This document shows, piece after piece, positions 41,678 through 50,960 of a stretch of 64,000 bases of DNA; position 1 is the first letter of the stretch; each line of letters begins with the position of its first letter. Made by a program: the position numbers and the translations under genes. The DNA comes from a bacterium (GTDB lineage Bacteria > UBA8248). Location of the stretch: the NCBI GenBank assembly GCA_965213625.1, contig CBDBZU010000004.1, positions 3,200,001-3,264,000 on the forward strand, in the 5' to 3' direction. The notes under the pieces are model-generated. The model was given only the letters and a program-made list of their open reading frames with translations, was not told where the DNA came from and searched no databases.

Positions 41678-42913
41678 ATGGCCCTCATATTCGGAACCGA
41701 CAACGACGATACGTTATCCGGCGGTAGCGGTGATGACGAAATCAGCGGAGGAGCGGGCGACGACACGATGACCGGCGGCGCCGGCGCGGATACATTTATC
41801 TATACGCCCGACGACGGGAACGACACGATTACCGATTTCTCGATCAGCGAAGACATTATCAGCCTCCAAAGATTACCGGGCGTTTTAGGTTTTAACAGCT
41901 TGACGATAACGCAGGACGGCGATGATGCGGTTATCGACCTCAGCGACAACGGTGGTGGAAACATCCGGCTGAACAACGTGAAAGTAGAAGATTTAAGCGC
42001 CGACAATTTTCAATTCTTTATTTCAGGCGGCTCGGAAGACGAAACGATTCAAGGCGGCAAACACGATGACTTTCTAAGTGGCGAAGCTGGAGACGACACG
42101 ATCTCGGGCGGTGCGGGCGACGACTATCTTTTTGGCGGCGCAGGCGACGACACGCTCTCGGGCGGTGATGACGCGGATACTTTCGTCTTCATGGGTGGTC
42201 ACGGAACCGATACCGTTACCGATTTCTCGACCAGCGAAGATATCATTCAATTGGACGCACTCCGCGGCATTACGGGCTTCGACAGCCTGACGATTACGCA
42301 GGACGGCGATGATGCGGTTATCGACCTCAGCGACAACGGCGGCGGGAGCATCCGGCTTGAGGACGTGAACAAAGATGATTTAAGCGCCGACAATTTTCAA
42401 TTCACAATGTCGGGAACCGCAGATAATGACACGATGGAAGGCGGGGGCAACGAAGATTACATTTTAGGCTTCGGGGGTGACGATACCCTCAGTGGAGGCG
42501 GAGGAAATGATCATATTGAAGGTGGCTCCGGGGATGACACGATCTACGGCGGCGCAGGATTGGATAGCATCTTCGGCGGCGCGGGTGAGGATACGCTGGA
42601 AGGCGGCGCAGGCGACGATGAGCTTGACGGGGGCGCTGACGCGGACACCTTCGTGTTTGCGCCAGGCCATGGAAACGACATCATCCTCGACTTCACGAAC
42701 GGCGAAGACACGATAGACCTGACGGCGATTACGGGCATTACCGGTTTCGAGAACCTGACTATCAACAAATCGGGAAATGACACCGTTATCGATCTGACCG
42801 ATCACGGCGGCGGCAAGATTATCCTGCAGAGCGTCGACTCATCCGTTCTGGACGCGGAAGATTTCGCGTTCTACGAAGCCCCGGTAAGCGAAGGCGAAGT
42901 CGAGGGCATTTGA
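41678..42913 (+). CDS. RTX-type (hemolysin-like) calcium-binding repeat protein
   Basis: Many GGxGxDx(L/I) nonapeptides in three repeated modules, each ending DTF..G.DT.TDF...EDII.L; SD AAGGAG; highly acidic. Confidence 0.9.
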   Translation: MALIFGTDNDDTLSGGSGDDEISGGAGDDTMTGGAGADTFIYTPDDGNDTITDFSISEDIISLQRLPGVLGFNSLTITQDGDDAVIDLSDNGGGNIRLNNVKVEDLSADNFQFFISGGSEDETIQGGKHDDFLSGEAGDDTISGGAGDDYLFGGAGDDTLSGGDDADTFVFMGGHGTDTVTDFSTSEDIIQLDALRGITGFDSLTITQDGDDAVIDLSDNGGGSIRLEDVNKDDLSADNFQFTMSGTADNDTMEGGGNEDYILGFGGDDTLSGGGGNDHIEGGSGDDTIYGGAGLDSIFGGAGEDTLEGGAGDDELDGGADADTFVFAPGHGNDIILDFTNGEDTIDLTAITGITGFENLTINKSGNDTVIDLTDHGGGKIILQSVDSSVLDAEDFAFYEAPVSEGEVEGI

Positions 42914-42982
42914 GAAGCGCAAAAGCGTGTGTTGCGCAGCGTCTGTATCCACCCCGCTTCCCCGAAAAACCCCTCCAGACCG

Positions 42983-43189
42983 GCAGGGGCAGGCCTCGGC
43001 CTGTCCCTGGGCATCAATCGCAATGCCGGGATACATTTTCACAAGCGAACGACTCTTACAGGCAAAACAGGCCTTCGGCTTGATTCGTCATTCCGGCGAG
43101 GGCCGGAATCCAGGGAATTTGTCTTTTCACCGTATCTTTTTTACTGTGAATACCGCTATCTGTAAGGATAGGTCACGTCTTGTCCCTAC
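42983..43189. repeat. REP cluster downstream of the RTX gene
   Basis: GCAGGGGCAGGCCTCGGCCTGTCCCT (42983-43008), CGTCATTCCGGCGAGGGCCGGAATCCAG (43086-43113), GTAAGGATAGG..CTTGTCCCTAC (43162-43189). Confidence 0.65.
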
Positions 43190-43266
43190 GATGCAAAAAA
43201 CAGATGGTTGGTTGTTCACTACCCTCTACCGAGGGTTGATATCAGCCGTCGATCATTTCTCGCGGA

Positions 43267-44583
43267 CTAGGCGCCCACCTTCTTGCTCAAGAACGAATCC
43301 ATGAGGTATTTCACGGCGCGCTCGAGCTGGGTGTCTTTCACCTCTTCGGCAGGGGTTTTCTCCGGGCCGGCTTGCTCACCGCCCAGGGCGTCTTCCTTCT
43401 GCTCCCCTTTTTTCTCCGCCTCGCTGGGCAGATGGCCGGGCAGGTCCTTTTCGCGCATCATGCGCATCGGGCCGGCGCCTCTCTGTACCTCGCTGACGAT
43501 GTCGGGCTCGATTCCCTCGCCCTGAATGCGCCTTCCCTTCGGTGTGAAATAAAGCGCGGTGGTCAACCGCAGTCCCGAACCGTCCGTGAGCGGAACCACC
43601 GTCTGCACCGAACCCTTACCGAACGTCTTGACGCCGATGAGCTTGGCCCTTTCCAGATCCTGGAGCGCGCCCGCCACGATTTCCGACGCGCTGGCGCTGC
43701 CCGCGTTGACGAGAACCGCCATGGGAATCTTGCCGCCCGACGCCTCGTGCGTGGAGGTGAAGCGATGTTCCTGATCCTTCATGCGGCCCTTGGTGTAGAC
43801 GATGAGGCTGCCCGCCTTCAGGAAGATGTCCGACACCGAAACCGCCTGTGAGAGGAGTCCGCCCGGATTGTTCCGCAAGTCAAGAACCAGGGCTTTCGCG
43901 CCCTTATCCTCGAGCGAGGTGAGAGCGTCCTTCACTTCCCTGCCCGTGCCGTTCTGGAAGCTGCGGACCCGTATGTAGGCGATATCGTCGGGCAGCATCC
44001 GGCTTCTCACGCTCTTGATGCGGATAATCTGCCGCGTGATGGTGAATTCTATGGGCTCCTTCTCCTCCTTGCGCCGCACCGTGATCTTCACCTTCGTGCC
44101 GGGCTTGCCGCGAAGCATCTTGACGACTTCCTGGAGCGTCATGTCTTTCGTGGGCTCTTTCTCGATGAGGATGATTTTATCGCCCGCCTGCACGCCGACC
44201 TTGTACGCCGGGGTGTCCTCGATGGGCGTCACGACCGTCAGTACGCCGTCGCGGATGGATATCTCCACCCCCAAGCCTCCGAAGCGGCCCGTGGTTTCCA
44301 CCTGCATCTCCCTGAAGAATTCGGGGTTCAGATAGGTCGTGTGAGGATCCAGCGTTCGGAGCATGCCCCGGATGGCGCCGCGAATGAGTTTCCGGGCGTC
44401 CACCTTGTTGACATAGTTCTCCTCCACGAGGCTCAGGACCTCGCTGAAGGCCCTGAGTTCGGAATACGCGCTCGTCTCGCTCGCCGACAGATTCGCGACG
44501 GGGCTCGCCGCCATTCCCACGACGAGCAACGCCAGAGCGCCCACCCAAATCATCCAACCCGACAAACGGTATTTTTTCGACAT
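43267..44583 (-). CDS. ctpA: Carboxyl-terminal processing protease S41
   Basis: LDPHT, PDZ FGGLGV, LDLRNNPGGLL, SASASEIV, TFGKGSVQ. Confidence 0.94.
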   Translation of the reverse strand: MSKKYRLSGWMIWVGALALLVVGMAASPVANLSASETSAYSELRAFSEVLSLVEENYVNKVDARKLIRGAIRGMLRTLDPHTTYLNPEFFREMQVETTGRFGGLGVEISIRDGVLTVVTPIEDTPAYKVGVQAGDKIILIEKEPTKDMTLQEVVKMLRGKPGTKVKITVRRKEEKEPIEFTITRQIIRIKSVRSRMLPDDIAYIRVRSFQNGTGREVKDALTSLEDKGAKALVLDLRNNPGGLLSQAVSVSDIFLKAGSLIVYTKGRMKDQEHRFTSTHEASGGKIPMAVLVNAGSASASEIVAGALQDLERAKLIGVKTFGKGSVQTVVPLTDGSGLRLTTALYFTPKGRRIQGEGIEPDIVSEVQRGAGPMRMMREKDLPGHLPSEAEKKGEQKEDALGGEQAGPEKTPAEEVKDTQLERAVKYLMDSFLSKKVGA

Positions 44584-45223
44584 CTTCGGCTCCTCGGACT
44601 GTGCGGCACAAAAAATTGATTCTACTCCACGAGACCTGAGAACGCCACATTAAAGCGGAGATTGGAAGCGGACAAAATACAGAGGCGAGCGCGAAGGGGG
44701 AGTGGGACAGTACGCGTCAGTAACAGGCAGACAGCTACACTTCCCGGCGCATCAAGCAGCGGCGAGGCGACATTGCTCGTCATCACATCGAGCGCGGTCA
44801 TCGCCGCCTCGATGTCGCAGCCCTCGCGTCGCAACTTATCGACGAGTTCGGGCGCCCGGTTTGCGTCGATGAGCCGCCAAGGCCGCCCGATTTGCGTCTC
44901 GAACCTCGATTTTCGCGCATAAAAAGCTGCAAAATGGAAACTTGCCGTCTTAGAGCAGAAAAGCGCCCTGCGAGGATATATCGGCGGGTTAGATGCGATC
45001 GGCCTCTTGTGAAGTCATATTCGCCTCCTCCGGTTCCAGACCCACATTTTCATCGCCTGCCTAGACTCGATGTAACGCGGGTGAGGGATTTTTTAAACTC
45101 GTTTCCCACTTTCGCCGATGAACGCATGAACGGCCTCGGCGAGTTGAACAAGTACCGCATCCGAACCATTCGTCATATCAAATCTTTATTCTACGGACTT
45201 ACAGTCGCGACACGTACCCGGGG

Positions 45224-46564
45224 TCAAACGGCGAGGTTTTCTCGCAGCGTCTTGCCCTCATACGATTGCCTGTACCTCCCCCTTCTTTGCAGTTCGGGAA
45301 CCAGGTGATCCACGATGTTGAGCATAATCTCACGCGGCCCGGCCTGGGACTGCTTGACCATGAAGCCGCCGCGACTCCCGGTCGCTTCGAACATCTCTTC
45401 TAAACGGTCGGCAATCTGCGCCGCCGTACCGGTGAACGCGGTGGCGTAACCCGTCGCCGCCTCGAGTCCATGGCGGAAGAATTCCTCGCGATCGATCTCG
45501 GCGTGCTCGCCATACTTGTGCGCCAGCAGATTGACGAAACCCACCGGGGAGGCCTGCGCGGCGACGATTCGTTCCTGAAGCTCCGCCAGGGAGAATCGCG
45601 GCGGCAGTTTGGACATGTCGTAGCCGGTATTGTGCGACAGCCATGCCCCGACGGCTTCCATGGGCACGTCGGAAATCAGCGCTTCCCGCAGGGCATGCGC
45701 CTGTCCCTCGGTTTCACCGACGATGGCCCTGAGCGACCATAAGATGCCAACCTCCTGCGGGTCCCGCCCCTCTGCGAGGAGGGCGTCATCGAGGTCTTGT
45801 CTTTGCTTCGCCATGAGCGGCAACGTTTTGGTCCTGCCGAAAACATGATCGGCGACATGAGCAGCCCCTTGGATGCCGCGCGGTGAGCCTCCGGCCTGTA
45901 TGATTACGGGACTACCCTGGGGAGAGGGAACGACGCTGAGAGGTCCCTTGACCTTGAAAAACTTCCCCTCGTGGTTGATCGGATGCACTTTGGCGGGGTC
46001 GGCGATTTGGCCCGAAGCCTTGTCCCAGAGGAAAGCATCCGCCTCGACGCTGTTCCAGAGCGCCCGGCAGACGTCGATAAACTCTTCCAGCCGCTCGTAG
46101 CGCTCACCATGATCCGGCAACCCGTCGTATCCATAGTTCGCAAAATCGGAACGGCGCGCCGAGGTGATGACGTTAAAGGCCATGCGGCCGTTGGTGATAT
46201 GGTCCATGGAATTCAACAGACGCGCCGTATAAAACGGGTGCATAAAGCTGGATGAGTACGTCAGACCGAACCCGAGATGCCTGGTGACGCGCGACATCGC
46301 GACAATCCACGGACTCATGTCGAATCTCGGCCATGCGACGCCGTAGCTGACCGCATCGTCAATCGAGTCTTTCCACATGTCGGGAATGCCCGTCGAGTCT
46401 CCCAGGAAGATGAGGTCGAGACCGCCGCGCTCCGCGACGCGCGCAACTTCCTCGAACAGCCCGATATTGGGGTGGTGGCGATCTACCCACGAACCCGGCT
46501 TCCTCCAATTGGTCTCCACCTCGGTCCACGAGATATCAAATGCCAATTGGATGCGCTTCTTCAT
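45224..46564 (-). CDS. FMN-dependent monooxygenase, NtaA/DmoA (luciferase-like) family
   Basis: AERGGLDLIFLGD, MDHITNGRMAFNVITS, FKVKGPL..PSPQG.PVIIQAGGS, LVPELQRRG, TLRENL. Confidence 0.9.
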   Translation of the reverse strand: MKKRIQLAFDISWTEVETNWRKPGSWVDRHHPNIGLFEEVARVAERGGLDLIFLGDSTGIPDMWKDSIDDAVSYGVAWPRFDMSPWIVAMSRVTRHLGFGLTYSSSFMHPFYTARLLNSMDHITNGRMAFNVITSARRSDFANYGYDGLPDHGERYERLEEFIDVCRALWNSVEADAFLWDKASGQIADPAKVHPINHEGKFFKVKGPLSVVPSPQGSPVIIQAGGSPRGIQGAAHVADHVFGRTKTLPLMAKQRQDLDDALLAEGRDPQEVGILWSLRAIVGETEGQAHALREALISDVPMEAVGAWLSHNTGYDMSKLPPRFSLAELQERIVAAQASPVGFVNLLAHKYGEHAEIDREEFFRHGLEAATGYATAFTGTAAQIADRLEEMFEATGSRGGFMVKQSQAGPREIMLNIVDHLVPELQRRGRYRQSYEGKTLRENLAV

Positions 46565-47330
46565 CTAGTTTTCCTCGGGATATGACTATTACTCTCACCC
46601 TCGCCGGTAAACCTATGTTGTCCGACAATCCCGGTTCGGCTTCTTTGCGATGAAGGTTACTACGGCTGGATGCGATCTTCCAGAACGACTTTGATCGAGC
46701 CGTAGCCGAGCGTCGGTGAACAGGAAAATGGACTCACTCCCATATTCGCCACCCCCGAAGTAGAGTGAAAATTTATTAGAACTCCAACAGAAGGTTGAGT
46801 TGCAAATTCAGAATCGCATATGTGCGAATCGGTCGCCGTCATGGGGAATGACCGGTTGTTCCTGAATGGACGTTGCGGGAGAGCGGAGCGCAACCTTAAG
46901 TAAGCCCTTCCTGGTCGGACTTTGAATGACGGTCCGACAGGGACTCGCCTGGATGCGCGGGAGCTTTAACGAATTCGCGTGCATTTTGATTACATATTGC
47001 TGATAACGAATCCCGAACTAATTCCGAAAATCAAATATCCGAAATAGTTTCAATGAGCTACAAGGATTCCCCGCCTGCTGAACCCCCCACCGTCTGAAAA
47101 CGGGCGAAGCATCGACCCGAGATGAATCGCTCGTTGCCAGAAATTGACTCCTCTGACTCGAGGCTTTTTATTGGCGTCCAAGTAGTTATTCGCGTGGAAA
47201 AAGAAAGTATACCCCCGGCGCGCTTAGGCTCCCCCCCCCCCCCGAAACCTGCGAAGATGCACAAACCCAAATCATGGAACAGGGAATCGCCAAGGGTCCG
47301 GATTTCTCCCTATCTTCAGATGGAATCGCG

Positions 47331-47447
47331 ATAGTACACAAACCTGATCTGCCGCTCGCTCGTTTCAAGGTGCTTGACCTCACACAGGCCCGCTCGGGAG
47401 CAACTGCGGTGCGCCAGCTCGCCGACTGGGGGGCGGAAGTCGTGAAG
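47331..47447 (+). pseudogene. N-terminal remnant of a CaiB/BaiF CoA-transferase
   Basis: LPLARFKVLDLTQARSGATAVRQLADWGAEVVK matches the family N-terminus; similarity ends abruptly afterwards. Confidence 0.75.
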
Positions 47448-47596
47448 TCGGCGACTTTCAGATTCTTCACGATGCGGTCTATCCCGACCACGCTGCCCCC
47501 GCAACTCAGCGAGATGCAGGTGACGAACGAGCGCATGTAGTTTCCGGGAAAAAATTCGTGTATGGCTCTTCCTCTTAGAATAGGTCTTGGCGCGGA

Positions 47597-47977
47597 CTAA
47601 AAAGGATCGTCTTCAGGCGGCGTATCGGGGGCCTTCTCGCCTGCGGGCACGCCCTTGAGACTCCAGGAGGTGTCCTTGACGTAGATGGTTTCCATATCTT
47701 CCAGAGCGACCGTCGAATGCACGGCGTTCGGTGGTATGTGGATCACGTCGCCGGGACCCGCCAGGTGTTCTTCGCCATCGACCGTGATGCGCTGGCGTCC
47801 TCGAAGCACATAGATGAACTGTTCGCAGGGGTGATAGTGCGGCTCGGCTCTCGTGCCCTCGGGACGCTTCCTGTGGCAGAAATACATGCGCTCGCCCTTG
47901 ATGGATTCCCCCCGGTTGCTGGAGAGATTCGGGTTTTGCTGCACGGTGGGCAAATCTTCAAAACGATAAACGGGCAT
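47597..47977 (-). CDS. Cupin domain protein
   Basis: PHYHPCEQFIYVLRG and GPGDVIHIPPNAVH metal-binding motifs; SD GGAG. Confidence 0.88.
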   Translation of the reverse strand: MPVYRFEDLPTVQQNPNLSSNRGESIKGERMYFCHRKRPEGTRAEPHYHPCEQFIYVLRGRQRITVDGEEHLAGPGDVIHIPPNAVHSTVALEDMETIYVKDTSWSLKGVPAGEKAPDTPPEDDPF

Positions 47978-48806
47978 GACGCACTCCCTGGAAAAATCCT
48001 GCGATTCTGCCGTCAGCGGTGATGTCCATCCCCGACGAGGCGAATGTCTCGTTGAGTTAGGGCATCTGCATGATGATTTCCGGCAACCTAGCGAGGGGCG
48101 GTATGCGTGTCAAGAAGAGCGGCTCGAGCGGATTCGATGTGCCACAAGCCACGATGGAAGAAATCCGCGCTGTGTCCCGACTTCAGGAGCCATTCGTTCT
48201 CATGGCGATGGCGCCCGAGCAGGCGCAGGCCCATGCTGTCACGCTACGAAATATCGACAACCGCCTCCGGCGGCAACGATGAACTGGTTCGTCAATGGAA
48301 CGAATACCGGGACATACCCGCCGGGACGCGCAGACGTGGTTATGAATCCGCTTGCGGTTTGTTTACTGATTATAAGCGCTCAATATGAAATCGATATTGA
48401 AAAATGAATGTATGTCAATAATATCAATATGGTACGGAAGCATTCCGCATGAGAAAATGGACTCGGATTTCTTAATTCCTGGAAATATCGATAAAATTCG
48501 ATAAATTCACGGGGTTTTTCGGTAAATTCACAACGTATTTCCGTAAATTTTATGCGCCGCGCGGTGGCGCAACTCTCCCGCCGCCGGAAACAATCGTGAG
48601 GATACACGACCCCGGGAGGAACGGCGTAGCGGCAAATGCGGGCATCTGCGGGAAAATGCGAAAGGCGTCTTACGGGGATATTCAGGAAAATAACGCGTCT
48701 TATTCTGATGATGAGTGGGATTTCATATCACGGATAGGGGCATAACCCAAAAATTCGCCTCCAATTCAGGGATTCGGGAAATTATGACGTGACAAAAGGG
48801 TGAATA

Positions 48807-50849
48807 TCAGGAGCTGAGGAGGCCTTTCGTCTGCGCGACGATGTTCTCCGCCGTGAGGCCGAAATGCGCGTAGATTTCCTTGTAAGGCGCGCTCGCACCA
48901 AAACGATCGATTCCAATCACCGCGCCATCGTCTCCCACCCACTCGCGCCAACCCATGGTGGCACCCGCTTCAATCGCCACCCTCGCCTTCACGCCAGCCG
49001 GGAGAACGGAATCCTGATAAGATTGAGTTTGTTCCCGAAATAGTTCCCAACTCGGCATGCTCACAACCCGGGCATCGATTCCGTCAGCCGCCAATGCGCT
49101 TTGCGCCTCCATCGCCAACTGCACTTCCGATCCTGTAGCAATCAATACGGCTTGGGGGGAGCCTCCTTTTTCAGATGAGACAACATAAGCCCCGCGCTCC
49201 AGCATTTCCGCTCCAGCCTCCTTCGAACGCTCCAGGACGGGCAGGCCCTGTCGAGTCAACACCAGCATGGTCGGTCCCTCGAGACGCTCTATCGCCACTC
49301 TCCAGGCCACGGCAGTCTCGTTCGCATCGCATGGACGTATGATTGTGAGGCCCGGCATGGCGCGAAGCGAGGCAAGGTGTTCAATCGGCTGGTGGGTCGG
49401 GCCATCCTCGCCCAAGCCGATGGAGTCATGCGTCATCACATAGATGACGGGCAATTCCATCAGAGCCGCAAGGCGTATGGCCGGACGTGCGTAATCTGTG
49501 AACGTGAAAAATGTAGCCGCGTAAGGACGAACACCCCCGTGCAAAGCCATGCCCGAACAAGCGGCTCCCATGGCATGTTCCCTGATGCCCCAGTTGATGT
49601 TACGGTTGGCATAGTCTTTCTTTGCGAAATTTCCGGACTTTTTGATCATCGAGTTATTTGAAGCCGCCAAGTCCGCGCTTCCGCCAATCAGCCAGGGGAT
49701 AACGGTGGCGATTTCATTCAATACTTTGCCAGATGCCGCCCGCGTAGCGAGTGCCCCATCATCGGCTTCAAAGATGGGCAGGCAGCTCTCCCAATCGGCA
49801 GGAGGTTCGCCTTTAAGCGCCGCCTGTAACTGCTCGGCCAGCTCTGGATTCTCTGATTTATATTCCGCAAAGCGGTCATTCCAATTTTCTTCTAGCGCAG
49901 TACCGCGTGAAACTCCCTCTCGCATATGAGCGGAAACTACATCCGGCACCAGAAACGTTTCACTCTCTGGCCAGCCATAATTCCTTTTCGTGGCCTCAAC
50001 TTCTTCATTCCCCAAGGGAGCGCCATGCGCGCGCGCTGTATCCTGATATAGAGGCGAGCCAAAACCGATGTGGGAGCGAATGACTATCAAAGATGGGCGC
50101 TCCGTCTCCGCCTTGGCCTGCTTGAGCGCACCGGAAATCTGGGGTAAATCCTCCGCGCTATCGCCCAGATTTTGAACATGCCAGTTGTATCCTTCAAAGC
50201 GCTTCTCCACGTCATCGGAATAACTCAACGACGTTTCGCCGTCGATGGTGATGCGGTTATCGTCATAGACACAGATCAGTTTACCGAGACCCAGATGCCC
50301 CGCGAGTGATGCCGCTTCATGAGAGGCGCCTTCCATGATATCGCCATCGCTCATGAACACATATGTATAATGATCGACTATCGAGTAGCCTGGCCGATTG
50401 AAAGTGGTCGCCAAATGCGCCTCCGCCATCGCCATACCCACTGCATTCATGAAACCTTGTCCGAGCGGGCCTGTGGTGGTTTCGACGCCTGGGGTAAGTC
50501 CAAATTCGGGATGTCCTGGCGTTTTGCTGCCCCACTGACGAAAGCGGACAATTTCATCGAGCGGAAGTTCATATCCGCTAAGGTGGAGAACAGCATATAG
50601 AAGCATGGAGGCATGACCACAAGAAAGCACGAAACGGTCCCGGTCAAACCAGTTTGGATTTTGGGGATTATATCGCAGATGATTCATCCACAGTTCATAA
50701 GCGAGAGGCGCCAGCGCCATGGGCGTACCCGGGTGGCCACTGTTCGCCTCTTGCACTGCATCCATCGAGAGAGTACGTATGGTGTGAATCGATTGTTCGG
50801 CAATGCTCATTTCGGAGAACAGTTCTTTTTCTTTAAAAAACTTCGTCAT
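48807..50849 (-). CDS. tkt: Transketolase
   Basis: [55 protein letters not shown]. Confidence 0.97.
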   Translation of the reverse strand: MTKFFKEKELFSEMSIAEQSIHTIRTLSMDAVQEANSGHPGTPMALAPLAYELWMNHLRYNPQNPNWFDRDRFVLSCGHASMLLYAVLHLSGYELPLDEIVRFRQWGSKTPGHPEFGLTPGVETTTGPLGQGFMNAVGMAMAEAHLATTFNRPGYSIVDHYTYVFMSDGDIMEGASHEAASLAGHLGLGKLICVYDDNRITIDGETSLSYSDDVEKRFEGYNWHVQNLGDSAEDLPQISGALKQAKAETERPSLIVIRSHIGFGSPLYQDTARAHGAPLGNEEVEATKRNYGWPESETFLVPDVVSAHMREGVSRGTALEENWNDRFAEYKSENPELAEQLQAALKGEPPADWESCLPIFEADDGALATRAASGKVLNEIATVIPWLIGGSADLAASNNSMIKKSGNFAKKDYANRNINWGIREHAMGAACSGMALHGGVRPYAATFFTFTDYARPAIRLAALMELPVIYVMTHDSIGLGEDGPTHQPIEHLASLRAMPGLTIIRPCDANETAVAWRVAIERLEGPTMLVLTRQGLPVLERSKEAGAEMLERGAYVVSSEKGGSPQAVLIATGSEVQLAMEAQSALAADGIDARVVSMPSWELFREQTQSYQDSVLPAGVKARVAIEAGATMGWREWVGDDGAVIGIDRFGASAPYKEIYAHFGLTAENIVAQTKGLLSS

Positions 50850-50960
50850 ACCAAATACGCTCGCTTCCTTGTGAAAAAATTAAAAAAACCGGATCACGTA
50901 CGCAAACCTTCCATCTCATCCCGATATGTCAAGATATTCATTCAACATTCGCAGACTGGG

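Noticed and set aside
41690-42880. Repeats suggesting a DGR template/variable pair or CRISPR
   Set aside because: In-frame protein module duplications; differences are not adenine-specific and no reverse transcriptase is present
48380-48800. dif site or replication origin at the composition change
   Set aside because: No XerC/D consensus or DnaA-box cluster seen, and gene orientation stays minus-biased on both sides
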